Notes under the pieces: model-generated
The model's database searches: none
The model's input: the letters and a program-made list of their open reading frames with translations, nothing else
Told to the model about the DNA's origin: nothing
Shown: piece by piece, positions 7,906-17,861 of the stretch
How the letters are laid out: each line of letters starts with the position of its first letter
Position numbering within the stretch: position 1 is the first letter of the stretch
Source of the DNA: Clostridia bacterium
GTDB taxonomy: Bacteria; Bacillota; Clostridia; TANB77; CAG-465
NCBI GenBank assembly: GCA_045659265.1
Contig: JAZOWO010000135.1
Span: 1-39,276 of the forward strand
Direction: 5' to 3'
DNA length: 39,276 bases
Position numbers and translations under genes: made by a program

Positions 7906-9579
7906 ATGGAAAATACAAAGAATAAGTCAAGAGTTATATGGATTGTGTTAGCTTTTGTATTATTATTAGCTATAGCAGTAGCTGGATATTTTTATTCAAC
8001 AGCAACAACTACTGTAAATGTATATAGAAAAATAGTAACTGGCACAGTAAATAACGTTTTTGACACACAAAAAACAACAAAAAGAACAAAAACAAGTGTA
8101 GACATGATGATAGATTGTGATATGGATTTAATAGACACAGAGCTATATAAGGTGCCTACAATTAAAATAATGAAGGATACAACGTTAGCATTTAATGTTC
8201 AAGCGGATCCTGAAACTAATAAGGCAGTAGTTCATGTAAAATCTAAATATGAAAATGAAAAATTATTAGATGCATCAATTTTTATGAATCTTAAAGAATC
8301 TAAAGCATATTTATATGCGAAAGATCTTATAGATAACTACATAGAGTTTGAATTAGAAGAACAAGAAACAACAACTGAGCCAACTGAAGAAGAAAAAGTA
8401 AATAAAATAGCTATGGCAAAAGCTGAAATGATTCTAAAAGAAGAACTTTCTGAAATAATAACTGAAGATATGTGTACTACAGAAGATGGTGTGCATGTAT
8501 TAAGAACTACAAGTACAAAACTTATAGAAAACCTAAAACTGGTTCTCGGAGAATTGAAAGCAAATGCAGAATTTTTAGAATGTTATGAAAATCCTGAAGA
8601 AATAAAGGAAGCTTTAGATTCAATAAAGAAAATGTTAGATACAGATTTAGTCGAAGAATTTAATATAGAAGTAAGATTGGAATTAAGCTTTTTATTAAAA
8701 ATGAAATCTTTAACAGTTAAATTGTATAATAAAGATATGGATATAGCATATACATTAAATGATGAAGCATCTGTATTTAATGTAAAAGCAAATGGTAAAG
8801 ATGTTGCAACAGCTAAATTAGAAGTTGTTGATGGAGAAACTACAGATAACATTAAAGCTTCTTTGGATATAGCAGAACTAGGTAAGTGTGCGGTAACTGT
8901 TGAAATATCTACTAAAGAAATTGAAGCTATAGATGAAGTTGATACAACTAAAGTTAAGAACTTTAATCAATTATCTATGTTCGATCTAATGGGCCTTGCA
9001 GCAAAATTAGAACAAGGTAAAATGGGCGAAGTAATAGAACTATATAACGATTATAATCAAGCTATTATAGATAAAGCAAATCAAGCTGTACTAAATACTA
9101 ATGTTGCTACAATAAATGACAAATTAACATTAGCATATGTTGATTTAAAAATGGAATATATGTCAGTTGCAGATTTTACTTCATTAAAGAACATTACTGT
9201 TGAAGGCAAAAAATACGCAAACGTAGAAGCATATTATAAAGCGATAGTACCAGAAATAGATGAAAAATCATCTAAATATGAAGTGCCAGAAGGATATGAG
9301 TTAATAATAAGCGCTAATGGTTCTGCAGCAGTTCAAAAGAAAGAAGTTAGTGGAAGTAGTGATCCTATAATAGATAAAGCAAATCAAGCAATAGAAACAA
9401 CAAATCTAACACAAGCGCAAAATCTTGCATCTTTAATATGGGCAGAAGCTTATATGGATGGATTAACAGGAAAAGCTTTAGAAAATAAAGTAAAAACTGA
9501 ATTAGCTAAAGACGGAATAACAGAAGATAAATATGAAATAATAGTAACAGACAAGGGAGTTACTATAAATAAAAAATAG
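7906..9579 (+). CDS. Membrane-anchored surface protein with two C-terminal IIDKANQA (pilin-helix-like) modules
   Basis: RBS AAGGGGG, upstream TTGACA promoter, N-terminal TM, repeated IIDKANQA; terminator at 9614-9641. Confidence 0.7.
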   Translation: MENTKNKSRVIWIVLAFVLLLAIAVAGYFYSTATTTVNVYRKIVTGTVNNVFDTQKTTKRTKTSVDMMIDCDMDLIDTELYKVPTIKIMKDTTLAFNVQADPETNKAVVHVKSKYENEKLLDASIFMNLKESKAYLYAKDLIDNYIEFELEEQETTTEPTEEEKVNKIAMAKAEMILKEELSEIITEDMCTTEDGVHVLRTTSTKLIENLKLVLGELKANAEFLECYENPEEIKEALDSIKKMLDTDLVEEFNIEVRLELSFLLKMKSLTVKLYNKDMDIAYTLNDEASVFNVKANGKDVATAKLEVVDGETTDNIKASLDIAELGKCAVTVEISTKEIEAIDEVDTTKVKNFNQLSMFDLMGLAAKLEQGKMGEVIELYNDYNQAIIDKANQAVLNTNVATINDKLTLAYVDLKMEYMSVADFTSLKNITVEGKKYANVEAYYKAIVPEIDEKSSKYEVPEGYELIISANGSAAVQKKEVSGSSDPIIDKANQAIETTNLTQAQNLASLIWAEAYMDGLTGKALENKVKTELAKDGITEDKYEIIVTDKGVTINKK

Positions 9580-9613
9580 TAATATGTTAGAATATAATTA
9601 AAATATAAAAGGG

Positions 9614-9641
9614 AAGAGCCGGTGATTTCACCGGCTCTTTT
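9614..9641. terminator. Terminator between convergent genes
   Basis: AAGAGCCGGTGA-TT-TCACCGGCTCTT-TT. Confidence 0.8.
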
Positions 9642-9660
9642 GCTAGGGGAGATATTTAAG

Positions 9661-9987
9661 TTATCCGCGATATGCAGGATTTCTTAAATTGCTTGTGCGT
9701 TTGAAAACTGCGTATACTTCGCCGCGGGGATAAGCTCTGTACTGCTCCTTAGGACCGGGGTTCTTACTGGTGTAGTAAGTGGAATCGTAGTAAGGAACAT
9801 CGTTTCTGATGTCGCTTAAAACTTGTGCCTTAGCCTCTTCAGCAGTTCTTGCGAATACAGTAGTACAACTTCTGGTACCGATGTAAACCCAATACTCTTT
9901 GAGGAACTCAGGTTCTTCAGGGGTGTAGGTGCGAACGGGGGTAGTAGTGCGATTCTTTCTTCCAAACAGTTTGCTAAAAAATTTCAT
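9661..9987 (-). CDS. Hypothetical protein (GC-shifted orphan)
   Basis: RBS AAGGAG; own promoter TTGATA-N17-TATAAT (10142-10114, minus strand). Confidence 0.6.
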   Translation of the reverse strand: MKFFSKLFGRKNRTTTPVRTYTPEEPEFLKEYWVYIGTRSCTTVFARTAEEAKAQVLSDIRNDVPYYDSTYYTSKNPGPKEQYRAYPRGEVYAVFKRTSNLRNPAYRG

Positions 9988-10202
9988 GATGTTTTCTCCT
10001 TAGTGCTATAAAAAAATATTTTTTGTGCTAAATCAAATGACCAATCCGAAGAGAAACCTCCTTCGTTATTCCTCTTAAATTATTAATTGAAACAAATGAT
10101 TGTACATATGAATATTATACCATAAAAACGGAGAAATATCAAATTTTCAAAAGGTTTGGACAAGCGAAGATAACATAAAAAGCACTCTTTTTAGAGTGCT
10201 TT

Positions 10203-10565
10203 TTATGAGTATACTTTATCGATATATCTGTTTGTAACTTCGCCAGTACTTTTCATATAGAAAACAATCATGCGTGCTTTTATAGTTTCGCCTTCTTTTG
10301 CTTCCCATAGGGGCATACTTCCAAACATTCCGGTATATCTTATAGTATCTTTTCCGGTGAGATTATATTCTTCAGAGTATACAGTTATTTTTACTTCGCG
10401 TTGCGCTGTGCCTGCAAACCATTGGCGTTTATCCAAATCTGTGATTACAACTTGAATGTCTTTAGCATAAGAAACAGGTTGCTCTTTTGGAACATAATCG
10501 CTATTACATGCAGAAAGAATAAGTACAATAGATGCTAAAAGAATGAGTGATATAATCCGCTTCAT
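10203..10565 (-). CDS. Hypothetical lipoprotein
   Basis: Signal peptide with lipobox LSAC; RBS AAGGAG; promoter TTGTAT-N17-TATAAT (10640-10612); terminator at 10177-10204. Confidence 0.75.
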   Translation of the reverse strand: MKRIISLILLASIVLILSACNSDYVPKEQPVSYAKDIQVVITDLDKRQWFAGTAQREVKITVYSEEYNLTGKDTIRYTGMFGSMPLWEAKEGETIKARMIVFYMKSTGEVTNRYIDKVYS

Positions 10566-10732
10566 AATATCTCCTTATAATTTTTTTAGGACAAATGTAT
10601 TTTCTGCCGGTATTATACCATAAATAATAAAAGAATACAAATAAATAAAGATAAAAGTATAGAAAACTTTACATAATTATGGTATAATAACGAGGTCAGA
10701 ATTATATGCCAAAAAATAACTATTGAAGGAGT

Positions 10733-11143
10733 ATGAAAATGAAAAAGATTTTGATAGTAGAGGATCAACCGGAACTAAAGGTTGAGATGCTGCTTAGGTT
10801 GCTCGAAACGAATAAAATTAAGTTCGAATATGAAATTGTAAATAGCGTTACTTCTGCTAAACGCTATCTGCACAAAAGAGCAAACGAGGTAGATGTAATT
10901 ATCATGGACCTCGGACTACCTACGTTTGATGGAGAACTGGTAACTAATCTTTTAGAAGGAGTACGCCTCATATATGATCTTGAGGACTTCGACGTAAAGG
11001 TTCCGGTTGTTATCAATTCTACAACATCTATTCCAAATTTTGAAAGACAAAAAGCGGATTGGGAAATGATGGGGCTTGAAATCTATAAAACAGATTTCAT
11101 ATTAAACATGAGACAGTGGTTTATTAAATTTCTTAGTGAGTAA
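10733..11143 (+). CDS. Stand-alone response regulator receiver domain
   Basis: ILIVED, IIMDLGLP phospho-acceptor Asp, VVINST; no output domain; RBS AAGGAG. Confidence 0.8.
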   Translation: MKMKKILIVEDQPELKVEMLLRLLETNKIKFEYEIVNSVTSAKRYLHKRANEVDVIIMDLGLPTFDGELVTNLLEGVRLIYDLEDFDVKVPVVINSTTSIPNFERQKADWEMMGLEIYKTDFILNMRQWFIKFLSE

Positions 11144-11176
11144 ATAAAGGTCTTGGCTTTAGCCAAGACCTTTATT
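11143..11176. terminator. Bidirectional terminator
   Basis: AATAAAGGTCTTGGCT-TT-AGCCAAGACCTTTATT between convergent stop codons. Confidence 0.8.
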
Positions 11177-11639
11177 ATTTTTGTATTTTATTATTTTTTC
11201 CAATAATTGCAACTGTAACACCAAGACCGCCTTCAGTGTAATCGGCAATGCTAAATTCTTTAATGTATGGATGAGAAGATAAGTATTCGTGAACTGCTTC
11301 TCTTAAAACTCCGCCATTACGTCCATGGATTATTCTAACACGTCCTAATTTTGCAAGAATTGCTTGATCTATATATTTATCTAAATCTGCTATAGCAGGT
11401 TCTTTGTGCATATGTCTTAATGTTATTTCATTAGGAACTTCAGATGTTTCAAGTGTAATAGTATGAGTAGATTTCTTTTTTGAAATCTCGCTTTCATTTA
11501 CATATTCTATATTAGATATGTCTGTAGTTATTACAGAGTTTTCGTATCTTAATGTAACTTTGTTTTTAGATATTTTTTCTACTTTATATATTCTATTAGA
11601 ATTTGCTATTCTACAATATTTGCTTTCTAGATTGTTCAT
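11175..11639 (-). CDS. Smr/MutS2 C-terminal domain protein
   Basis: LDKYIDQA..VRIIHGRNGGVLREAVHEYL..HP..EGGLGVT Smr signature. Confidence 0.9.
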   Translation of the reverse strand: MNNLESKYCRIANSNRIYKVEKISKNKVTLRYENSVITTDISNIEYVNESEISKKKSTHTITLETSEVPNEITLRHMHKEPAIADLDKYIDQAILAKLGRVRIIHGRNGGVLREAVHEYLSSHPYIKEFSIADYTEGGLGVTVAIIGKNNKIQK

Positions 11640-11723
11640 TGTGTTTACCTCGTATAAAAGTATACCATAGAATATATCTTATAGCAAATCATAAAAAAAT
11701 GAGGAGAAAATATAATTTAATAG

Positions 11724-12884
11724 GTGAGAATGTTGTTAAAAAAGAAAAGATATATTTATGTTGTTTTGTTATTGCTACTTACAGTATTAAGTAATAATGT
11801 GTTTGCAGTGGAAAAAGAAGAGTTAAATATAAAATCTAAAGCGGGTATTGTGTTAGAACAAAGTACGGGTAGAGTTTTATGGGAAAAGAATAGTAAGGAA
11901 AAATTGAAAATTGCCAGTACAACAAAGATATTAACGGCTATTGTAGTAGTAGAAAATATAGACTTAGCTTCTAAAGTTGTTATATCTAAAAAAGCTGCGT
12001 TAACTGGCGGCTCTACGGTGGGACTTGTTTCTGGTAAGGAGGTTACGGTTAAAAGTTTGTTGTATGGTCTATTGCTTAAAAGTGGAAACGATTGTGCAGT
12101 TGCTCTTGCAGAACATGTTGGAGGGAACGTAGATGAATTTGTAAATATGATGAATAAAAAGGCTTATGAAATTGGAGCAAAAGATACGTATTGTACAAAT
12201 CCACATGGTTTAGATACAGAAGATAATTATTCTACTGCTTATGACATAGCTAAAATAACTTGTTATGCAAAAAACATAGACATTATATCTAAAATTATGA
12301 ATACAGAAAGTATTACTGTAAATTTTGGAAATACAGCGAAGTTTTTAGCAAATACAAATAGATTGTTAACTACATACGAATACTGTAATGGTGGGAAAAC
12401 AGGATACACAGCTATTGCTAATAGGTGCTTAGTAGCAACAGCTAAAAAAGATAAATTACAAGTTGTTGCCGTAATTCTTGGAGCAGATACGACAGATATA
12501 CGTTTTAAGGAAGGAAAAGAGCTTCTTAAATATGCAATAGAAAATTATTCAATGGTAGATATGAAAAGCATAGCTAAATATTATGTGAGAGTGAATGTTA
12601 TAAAAGGAATATCTGACTTGTATACAGATAATTCTAGCGTGGATATTTGTATTCCACTTAAGACTGGAGAGTTAGAAAAAGTGTATGTTAAACAAGATAT
12701 AATAACAGAGATAAAGGCACCGTTAAATATTGGAGATTTTATGGGTAATGTTGGTTTGTACATAGGAGAAGATAGGGTATATTCTAAGGATATATATGCT
12801 AAATATAGTATAAGAAAAAAAGGAGTAAAAGATTATATTATATTAGCTTTAATGGGCATGTTTCAAAATGACAGTATAGATTAG
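11724..12884 (+). CDS. D-alanyl-D-alanine carboxypeptidase (peptidase S11, DacB/DacF-like)
   Basis: SxxK (ASTTK), SxN (SGND), KTG and NPHGLD motifs; N-terminal signal/TM; the start may be ATG 11730. Confidence 0.92.
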   Translation: MRMLLKKKRYIYVVLLLLLTVLSNNVFAVEKEELNIKSKAGIVLEQSTGRVLWEKNSKEKLKIASTTKILTAIVVVENIDLASKVVISKKAALTGGSTVGLVSGKEVTVKSLLYGLLLKSGNDCAVALAEHVGGNVDEFVNMMNKKAYEIGAKDTYCTNPHGLDTEDNYSTAYDIAKITCYAKNIDIISKIMNTESITVNFGNTAKFLANTNRLLTTYEYCNGGKTGYTAIANRCLVATAKKDKLQVVAVILGADTTDIRFKEGKELLKYAIENYSMVDMKSIAKYYVRVNVIKGISDLYTDNSSVDICIPLKTGELEKVYVKQDIITEIKAPLNIGDFMGNVGLYIGEDRVYSKDIYAKYSIRKKGVKDYIILALMGMFQNDSID

Positions 12885-12954
12885 AAAAAAACGCTAAATA
12901 ATTGACTTATATATACTTATTAAGATATAATTAACAAAAGAAAGAAGGGGTAAA

Positions 12955-13950
12955 ATGGGCGATATATATTTAACTAAAATTGAAAGAAAAACTATATTCA
13001 CAAGATCATTAATATATGTTCTTGTGCTGTTTCTTGTCGCGGATTTAACAGTAACAGGTCCATTTTATTTTAATTTTATTCCATGGCTGTTCTTGTTTAG
13101 TTGTTTTATAAGCTTAAGGGAAGTGGACAAAACATTAACAGGAATAATAGGAACATTTACAGTGTTTATGGCAAGCCTTATGACGCATGGAATGGGAGTA
13201 GAAACGCTACTTGTAACAGCAAATGCGGCGTTGCAAATCGTGTTAGGTATGCTTACATCTAAAGGAATATTTCAGTTTATACTTGAGTATAGATTAGTTA
13301 AATATTTAAGAAAGAGAGTAAAAGCTATATTATTAACAATTCTTACAGTGTTTTTTATAGTTGCATGTGTAACATTGAGTTTTCTAGAAGGAGATTTATT
13401 CACATATCTTAAAGCCAAATCTAATGTGGACAAATATATAGAAAAAACATATGGGGTTGAATATAAATTTAAGAATGCAATACACAACAGAAATTATATT
13501 GGTAGATATGCTTTTGTTGTAGAAATAGATGGAGAAATAGTTCAGTTATTACCAAGCGTAATTGGTACATTTAAGGATATAAATCAACAAGAGAGATTAG
13601 ACAAAATAAATGAAGAGTTTAAATGGCAAACAAACGCAGATATAGGAGATGCGGTTGCTAATTTAACATATATAACTGGGAAAAGTGTTAGTTATAAGTA
13701 TGAATATACAAAAGTGGGAGTTAAACCGGATGCGTTAATGATAGAGGTAACAATAGATTCTGAAGATACGGATGTAGTATACAATGAAATTGCGACTGTG
13801 CTTAATCGTTTGTTATCGTTAGAATATAACGTGCACGAAGTGGTTGTAACACTAAATAATACAAGTTTATATATATCTAAAGATAATTTTGAGTTAATAA
13901 CACCTGAATATATTGAAGGTGGATTTAAAATAGAAGATTTAGATGAGTAA
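12955..13950 (+). CDS. Hypothetical membrane protein (multi-TM N-terminus, soluble C-terminal domain)
   Basis: About 5 hydrophobic segments; upstream TTGACT...TATAAT promoter and RBS. Confidence 0.7.
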   Translation: MGDIYLTKIERKTIFTRSLIYVLVLFLVADLTVTGPFYFNFIPWLFLFSCFISLREVDKTLTGIIGTFTVFMASLMTHGMGVETLLVTANAALQIVLGMLTSKGIFQFILEYRLVKYLRKRVKAILLTILTVFFIVACVTLSFLEGDLFTYLKAKSNVDKYIEKTYGVEYKFKNAIHNRNYIGRYAFVVEIDGEIVQLLPSVIGTFKDINQQERLDKINEEFKWQTNADIGDAVANLTYITGKSVSYKYEYTKVGVKPDALMIEVTIDSEDTDVVYNEIATVLNRLLSLEYNVHEVVVTLNNTSLYISKDNFELITPEYIEGGFKIEDLDE

Positions 13951-14818
13951 CGAGGTGGCTATGGAAAAGAAAGAGAAAAAAATGCCTAAAGAATATGCTG
14001 CCATCGTTTCATTATGTATATTCTTTACAATAGTAACAATAGTAGGTGGCGTAAGATTATTTTTTGTGCTTAGCGCGAAAAATACAAAGGTAGATTTAGA
14101 AAATATAGATATAATTGAACAAAATACAAATTTGGATATCAATAGAATGAATCTTGCTATTTCTAATACTTTGGAGGAGCAATATGGCGTGGATATATAT
14201 TATGGTGAAGGTGTAAATGCAGCAAGTGTAAATGCTACAGTTATAACAGATAAATCTGAAATATTTTCTATGCTAAGAGCAATAACAAGAGCTCTTACTA
14301 AATATCCGGATGATATCATAAGAGAAATAGAATCTAAAGGATATATGGTAAGTATTCATTTAGTGGACAAGTTTACAAATAATATTGAGGCACTAGCAAA
14401 TAGAAACTCAATTGGACATTTTAATATATATATAAGCGATAGTATAGAAATTGAAAGAGCGTTTCATCACGAGTTTTATCATATACTAGATTATTATATA
14501 AAACTTGAAACAGCTGAAAGATATGCTATGTGGAATAAATATAATCCACGTGGATTTAAGTATTCAAATAATGTAAATTCATTAACAACAAAGTATGTAT
14601 ATAGCGGCCAAAGTGGAGCACACTTTGTAACAGCATATGCTAAATATTCAGAAAAAGAAGATAGAGCAGAAACATTTGCAGAAATGATGACTGCTAATAA
14701 GATGGAAAAATTCTTTGATGAAGGAGAAAATATTAAGTCTAAAATGAACTTAATAATAAAAGTGTTAAATAGTTCATTTGAAAGTATTAGAAAAAAAGAA
14801 ACTTTAGCTTGGGAATAA
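13943..14818 (+). CDS. Membrane-anchored putative zinc metallopeptidase (zincin)
   Basis: HHEFYHILD (HExxH) with downstream YA...EDRAETF; N-terminal TM. Confidence 0.75.
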   Translation: MSNEVAMEKKEKKMPKEYAAIVSLCIFFTIVTIVGGVRLFFVLSAKNTKVDLENIDIIEQNTNLDINRMNLAISNTLEEQYGVDIYYGEGVNAASVNATVITDKSEIFSMLRAITRALTKYPDDIIREIESKGYMVSIHLVDKFTNNIEALANRNSIGHFNIYISDSIEIERAFHHEFYHILDYYIKLETAERYAMWNKYNPRGFKYSNNVNSLTTKYVYSGQSGAHFVTAYAKYSEKEDRAETFAEMMTANKMEKFFDEGENIKSKMNLIIKVLNSSFESIRKKETLAWE

Positions 14819-14829
14819 CGGAGGAAAAA

Positions 14830-16533
14830 GTGGTAGGATTAAACGAATTAAAATATGTAGATACACCAGCTAGATATACAGGCGGAGAAGCGAGAAGTGT
14901 AATAAAAAATAAATATCAAGTTACTAGTAGGATTGCGCTTGCGCTTCCTACTATGTATGAACTTGGCTTTTCGGACAACGACCTTAATAAGTTGTATTAT
15001 ACATTAAACTTAAGAAGGGATACTTGGGCGGAAAGAGTTTTTGCACCAGTTATAGATTACGAATCACTTATAAGAAATAAAGATGAAAAGCTTGCAACAT
15101 TAGAGTCTAAAACAGCTTTAAGAGATATGGATGTAATAATATTTATCGTTTCAAATGAATTAATGTATACAAATATACTTAACATGTTAAATATGGGTGG
15201 TGTACCTTGTTTAAGAGAAAGAAGAAAAGAAGGATACCCGCTAGTAGTATTGACAGGAAATGCGGTATTAAATCCTAAACCTATGGAAGATTTTACGGAT
15301 TTATACATTATAGGTGAACCTAATAAGGTAATAAATGAAGTTATGGATGCGTATAAGCGCGGTAAAGAGGGAATTAATGTAACTAAAAAAGATATACTTG
15401 AATCGATGAAATATATTCCTGGGGTATATATACCAGATGTAACAGATGATGAGCAAATTGTTAACATGGTTTATGAAGATGTTAATGAGGAACAATACAT
15501 TAAAAACTATGTTTGCCCGTCTATTCCAGTAATGGATAATAAATCTAAGATAACCTTGACAAAAGGTTGTAAAAGAGATTGCATAAATTGTTCTAATAGA
15601 TTTACTTATGGTAATATGCAAAATGTTAGTGTGGATAAGGCTGTAATTAAAGCAGGTAAGCTAATGGATACAACGGGTAATTTGAATATAATGTTAGAAT
15701 CGGATTGCCATTTGGATTACAGTGGATATCCAGAAGTTATATACAGGTTAAAAGATATAGAAAAACCTAAAATGAAAACATTATCTTTTTCTAATATTAG
15801 ACTAGATAGGGATAATTTGTGGGTGCTAAAACATATAGATATAAAAGGAAACTATCCAACAATAATGGTTGGTGCACCTACTGAAGTTTTAAGAGAAAAA
15901 ATTGGTTTTGGTATGAATGAATCTGAGGTACTTGATGTAGCTCGTGAAATATTTAAATCGGATTTTGACAAAGTTCGTTTAGAATATATTTTAGGCATTC
16001 CAGGTGAAAACTATGAGGATTTCAAAGTGATGCTAGATACAGCTAACAAAGTGTGTGATGTGTATAAAGAAGTATACGCAAAATCTCCAGATAAGTATAT
16101 TGTGGAAATCAAGCTTACAAACTTTAGCATAAAGCCACACACTCCATCTCAGTGGTGTGCTGTAAACAATTCTGAAAATATAGAAATAAAAACTAAATAT
16201 ATTTTAGAAAAAAATAAAAATCAAGATGTTGTAATTAATAACGAGGATGGTAAGCAAACAGAAATATCTACTTTGCTTGCGCGTGGCGGCAAAGAAGTGG
16301 GAGCTGTTATATATGAAGCATGGAAACAAGGTGCAAGATTTGACATGATGTCTGCAGCTTTTGATAAAGAAAATTGGCAAGTGGGACTTACTAAAAATGG
16401 AATAGAACTTAAAAAATATCTTGAAGAACAAAATGATAAGCTTTTATTTCCGTGGGACAATATAAAAGTTGGAACAAGTAGTGAAGAACTAAGGAGAACA
16501 TATTTAGCTAGAATAAAGCATAAAGAAGATTAA
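14830..16533 (+). CDS. B12-binding-domain radical SAM protein (TIGR03960-like), divergent
   Basis: PARYTGGE, ERVFAP, KGCKRDCINC, KPHTPSQW, AWKQGARFD, FPWDNI; GTG 14830 behind GGAGG. Confidence 0.8.
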   Translation: MVGLNELKYVDTPARYTGGEARSVIKNKYQVTSRIALALPTMYELGFSDNDLNKLYYTLNLRRDTWAERVFAPVIDYESLIRNKDEKLATLESKTALRDMDVIIFIVSNELMYTNILNMLNMGGVPCLRERRKEGYPLVVLTGNAVLNPKPMEDFTDLYIIGEPNKVINEVMDAYKRGKEGINVTKKDILESMKYIPGVYIPDVTDDEQIVNMVYEDVNEEQYIKNYVCPSIPVMDNKSKITLTKGCKRDCINCSNRFTYGNMQNVSVDKAVIKAGKLMDTTGNLNIMLESDCHLDYSGYPEVIYRLKDIEKPKMKTLSFSNIRLDRDNLWVLKHIDIKGNYPTIMVGAPTEVLREKIGFGMNESEVLDVAREIFKSDFDKVRLEYILGIPGENYEDFKVMLDTANKVCDVYKEVYAKSPDKYIVEIKLTNFSIKPHTPSQWCAVNNSENIEIKTKYILEKNKNQDVVINNEDGKQTEISTLLARGGKEVGAVIYEAWKQGARFDMMSAAFDKENWQVGLTKNGIELKKYLEEQNDKLLFPWDNIKVGTSSEELRRTYLARIKHKED

Positions 16534-16542
16534 GGAGTAAAA

Positions 16543-16989
16543 ATGAAAGTATTAGCAACAAATAGAGAATTAAACTTTAAATATGAAGTGCTAGAAACAT
16601 ATACATGCGGAATTGAACTAAAAGGTACTGAAGTTAAATCTGTAAGACAAGCAAAAGTAAATTTAAAAGATGGATTTGCACTTATAGAAAAAGGTGAAGT
16701 TTGGCTTAAGAATGTATATATTGCACATTATGAACAAGGAAATAGAAACAATGTAGATGAGATGAGAAATAGAAAACTTCTTATGCATAAAGAGGAAATC
16801 TCAAGACTTTTAGGAAAAGTAACACAAGGAGGTTTTACACTTGTTCCATATAAAATGGGATTTGAACACGGATATGTTAAAGTAGAACTTGCTCTATGTA
16901 AAGGTAAAAAACTATATGATAAACGCGAAAGTATAAAAGAAAGAGATGCTAAACTTAAAATTGCACAAGCAATGAAGAATAACATATAG
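16543..16989 (+). CDS. smpB: SsrA-binding protein
   Basis: GIELKGTEVKSVR, RKLLMHKEEI, KGKKLYDKRE. Confidence 0.97.
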   Translation: MKVLATNRELNFKYEVLETYTCGIELKGTEVKSVRQAKVNLKDGFALIEKGEVWLKNVYIAHYEQGNRNNVDEMRNRKLLMHKEEISRLLGKVTQGGFTLVPYKMGFEHGYVKVELALCKGKKLYDKRESIKERDAKLKIAQAMKNNI

Positions 16990-17000
16990 GATGTAAATAT

Positions 17001-17852
17001 ATGATGAAAAGATTTAGAAAGATATATGTAGAAATAACAAATATTTGTAATATGCATTGTAGCTTTTGCCCTGAAACAAGTAGGGCAAAGGCTTTTATGC
17101 CTAAAGATAAATTTGAGCATATTGCAAAAGAAATAGTAAAGTATACGGACTATGTATATTTACATGTAAAGGGTGAACCTTTAATACATAAGGAACTGGA
17201 AGATATACTTAACATTTGTAATAAATATGGTCTTAAGATAAACATATCTACAAATGGTACAATGTTAGAGAACAAAAAAGATATAATAAAAAGTGCTAAT
17301 ATACGTCAATTAAATTTATCTTTGCATAGTTTTGAGAAGGATGAAAATACTAGCGCAGAAGAACTAGAAAGGCTAAATAATTACATAGAAAATGTAGTTA
17401 GTATTTCTAACGAATTAGCAGACAATGGCACAATAATTAGATATAAACTATGGAATCAAACAAAGAGTTCTAATAAAGAAATATTGGAGTACTTAGAAAA
17501 AGTATATGGTGTGAATCTTGTAAACGAACCATATGAAAGAGATAAAAAGTTAAGAGAAAATGTTTTCTTAAGTATAAAAACACCTTTTGAATGGCCAGAC
17601 TTAAAGAAAGAAAAAGAGAATGAAAAAGGAACATGTTATGGACTTAAAGCGCAAATAGCAATACTTGTAGATGGAACTGTAGTGCCATGTTGTGTAGATA
17701 ACAACGGAGATATTCCTTTAGGGAATATATTTAATGATTCTTTAGAAAATATATTAAATAGCAAAAGAGCACAAGATATTATACAAGGCTTTAAGGACAA
17801 TAAATGTGTTGAAGAACTTTGTAAAAAATGTGAGTATAGGGATAGTATATAG
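17001..17852 (+). CDS. Radical SAM protein with SPASM/twitch domain
   Basis: EITNICNMHCSFC, KGEPL, STNG, C-terminal C...DGTVVPCC...LGN...CKKC. Confidence 0.9.
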   Translation: MMKRFRKIYVEITNICNMHCSFCPETSRAKAFMPKDKFEHIAKEIVKYTDYVYLHVKGEPLIHKELEDILNICNKYGLKINISTNGTMLENKKDIIKSANIRQLNLSLHSFEKDENTSAEELERLNNYIENVVSISNELADNGTIIRYKLWNQTKSSNKEILEYLEKVYGVNLVNEPYERDKKLRENVFLSIKTPFEWPDLKKEKENEKGTCYGLKAQIAILVDGTVVPCCVDNNGDIPLGNIFNDSLENILNSKRAQDIIQGFKDNKCVEELCKKCEYRDSI

Positions 17853-17861
17853 AGGTGTAAA

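Noticed and set aside
10003-10032. TAGCAC copies (minus strand) read as a CIRCE element
   Set aside because: They are direct, not inverted, repeats and do not match TTAGCACTC-N9-GAGTGCTAA.
11686-11720. Sporulation SigE-type promoter before the D,D-carboxypeptidase
   Set aside because: CATAA...ATATAAT is suggestive but too degenerate in AT-rich sequence to support.
16543-17000. tmRNA (ssrA) next to smpB
   Set aside because: There is no intergenic space and no tRNA-like GGGG...CCACCA ends in the vicinity.
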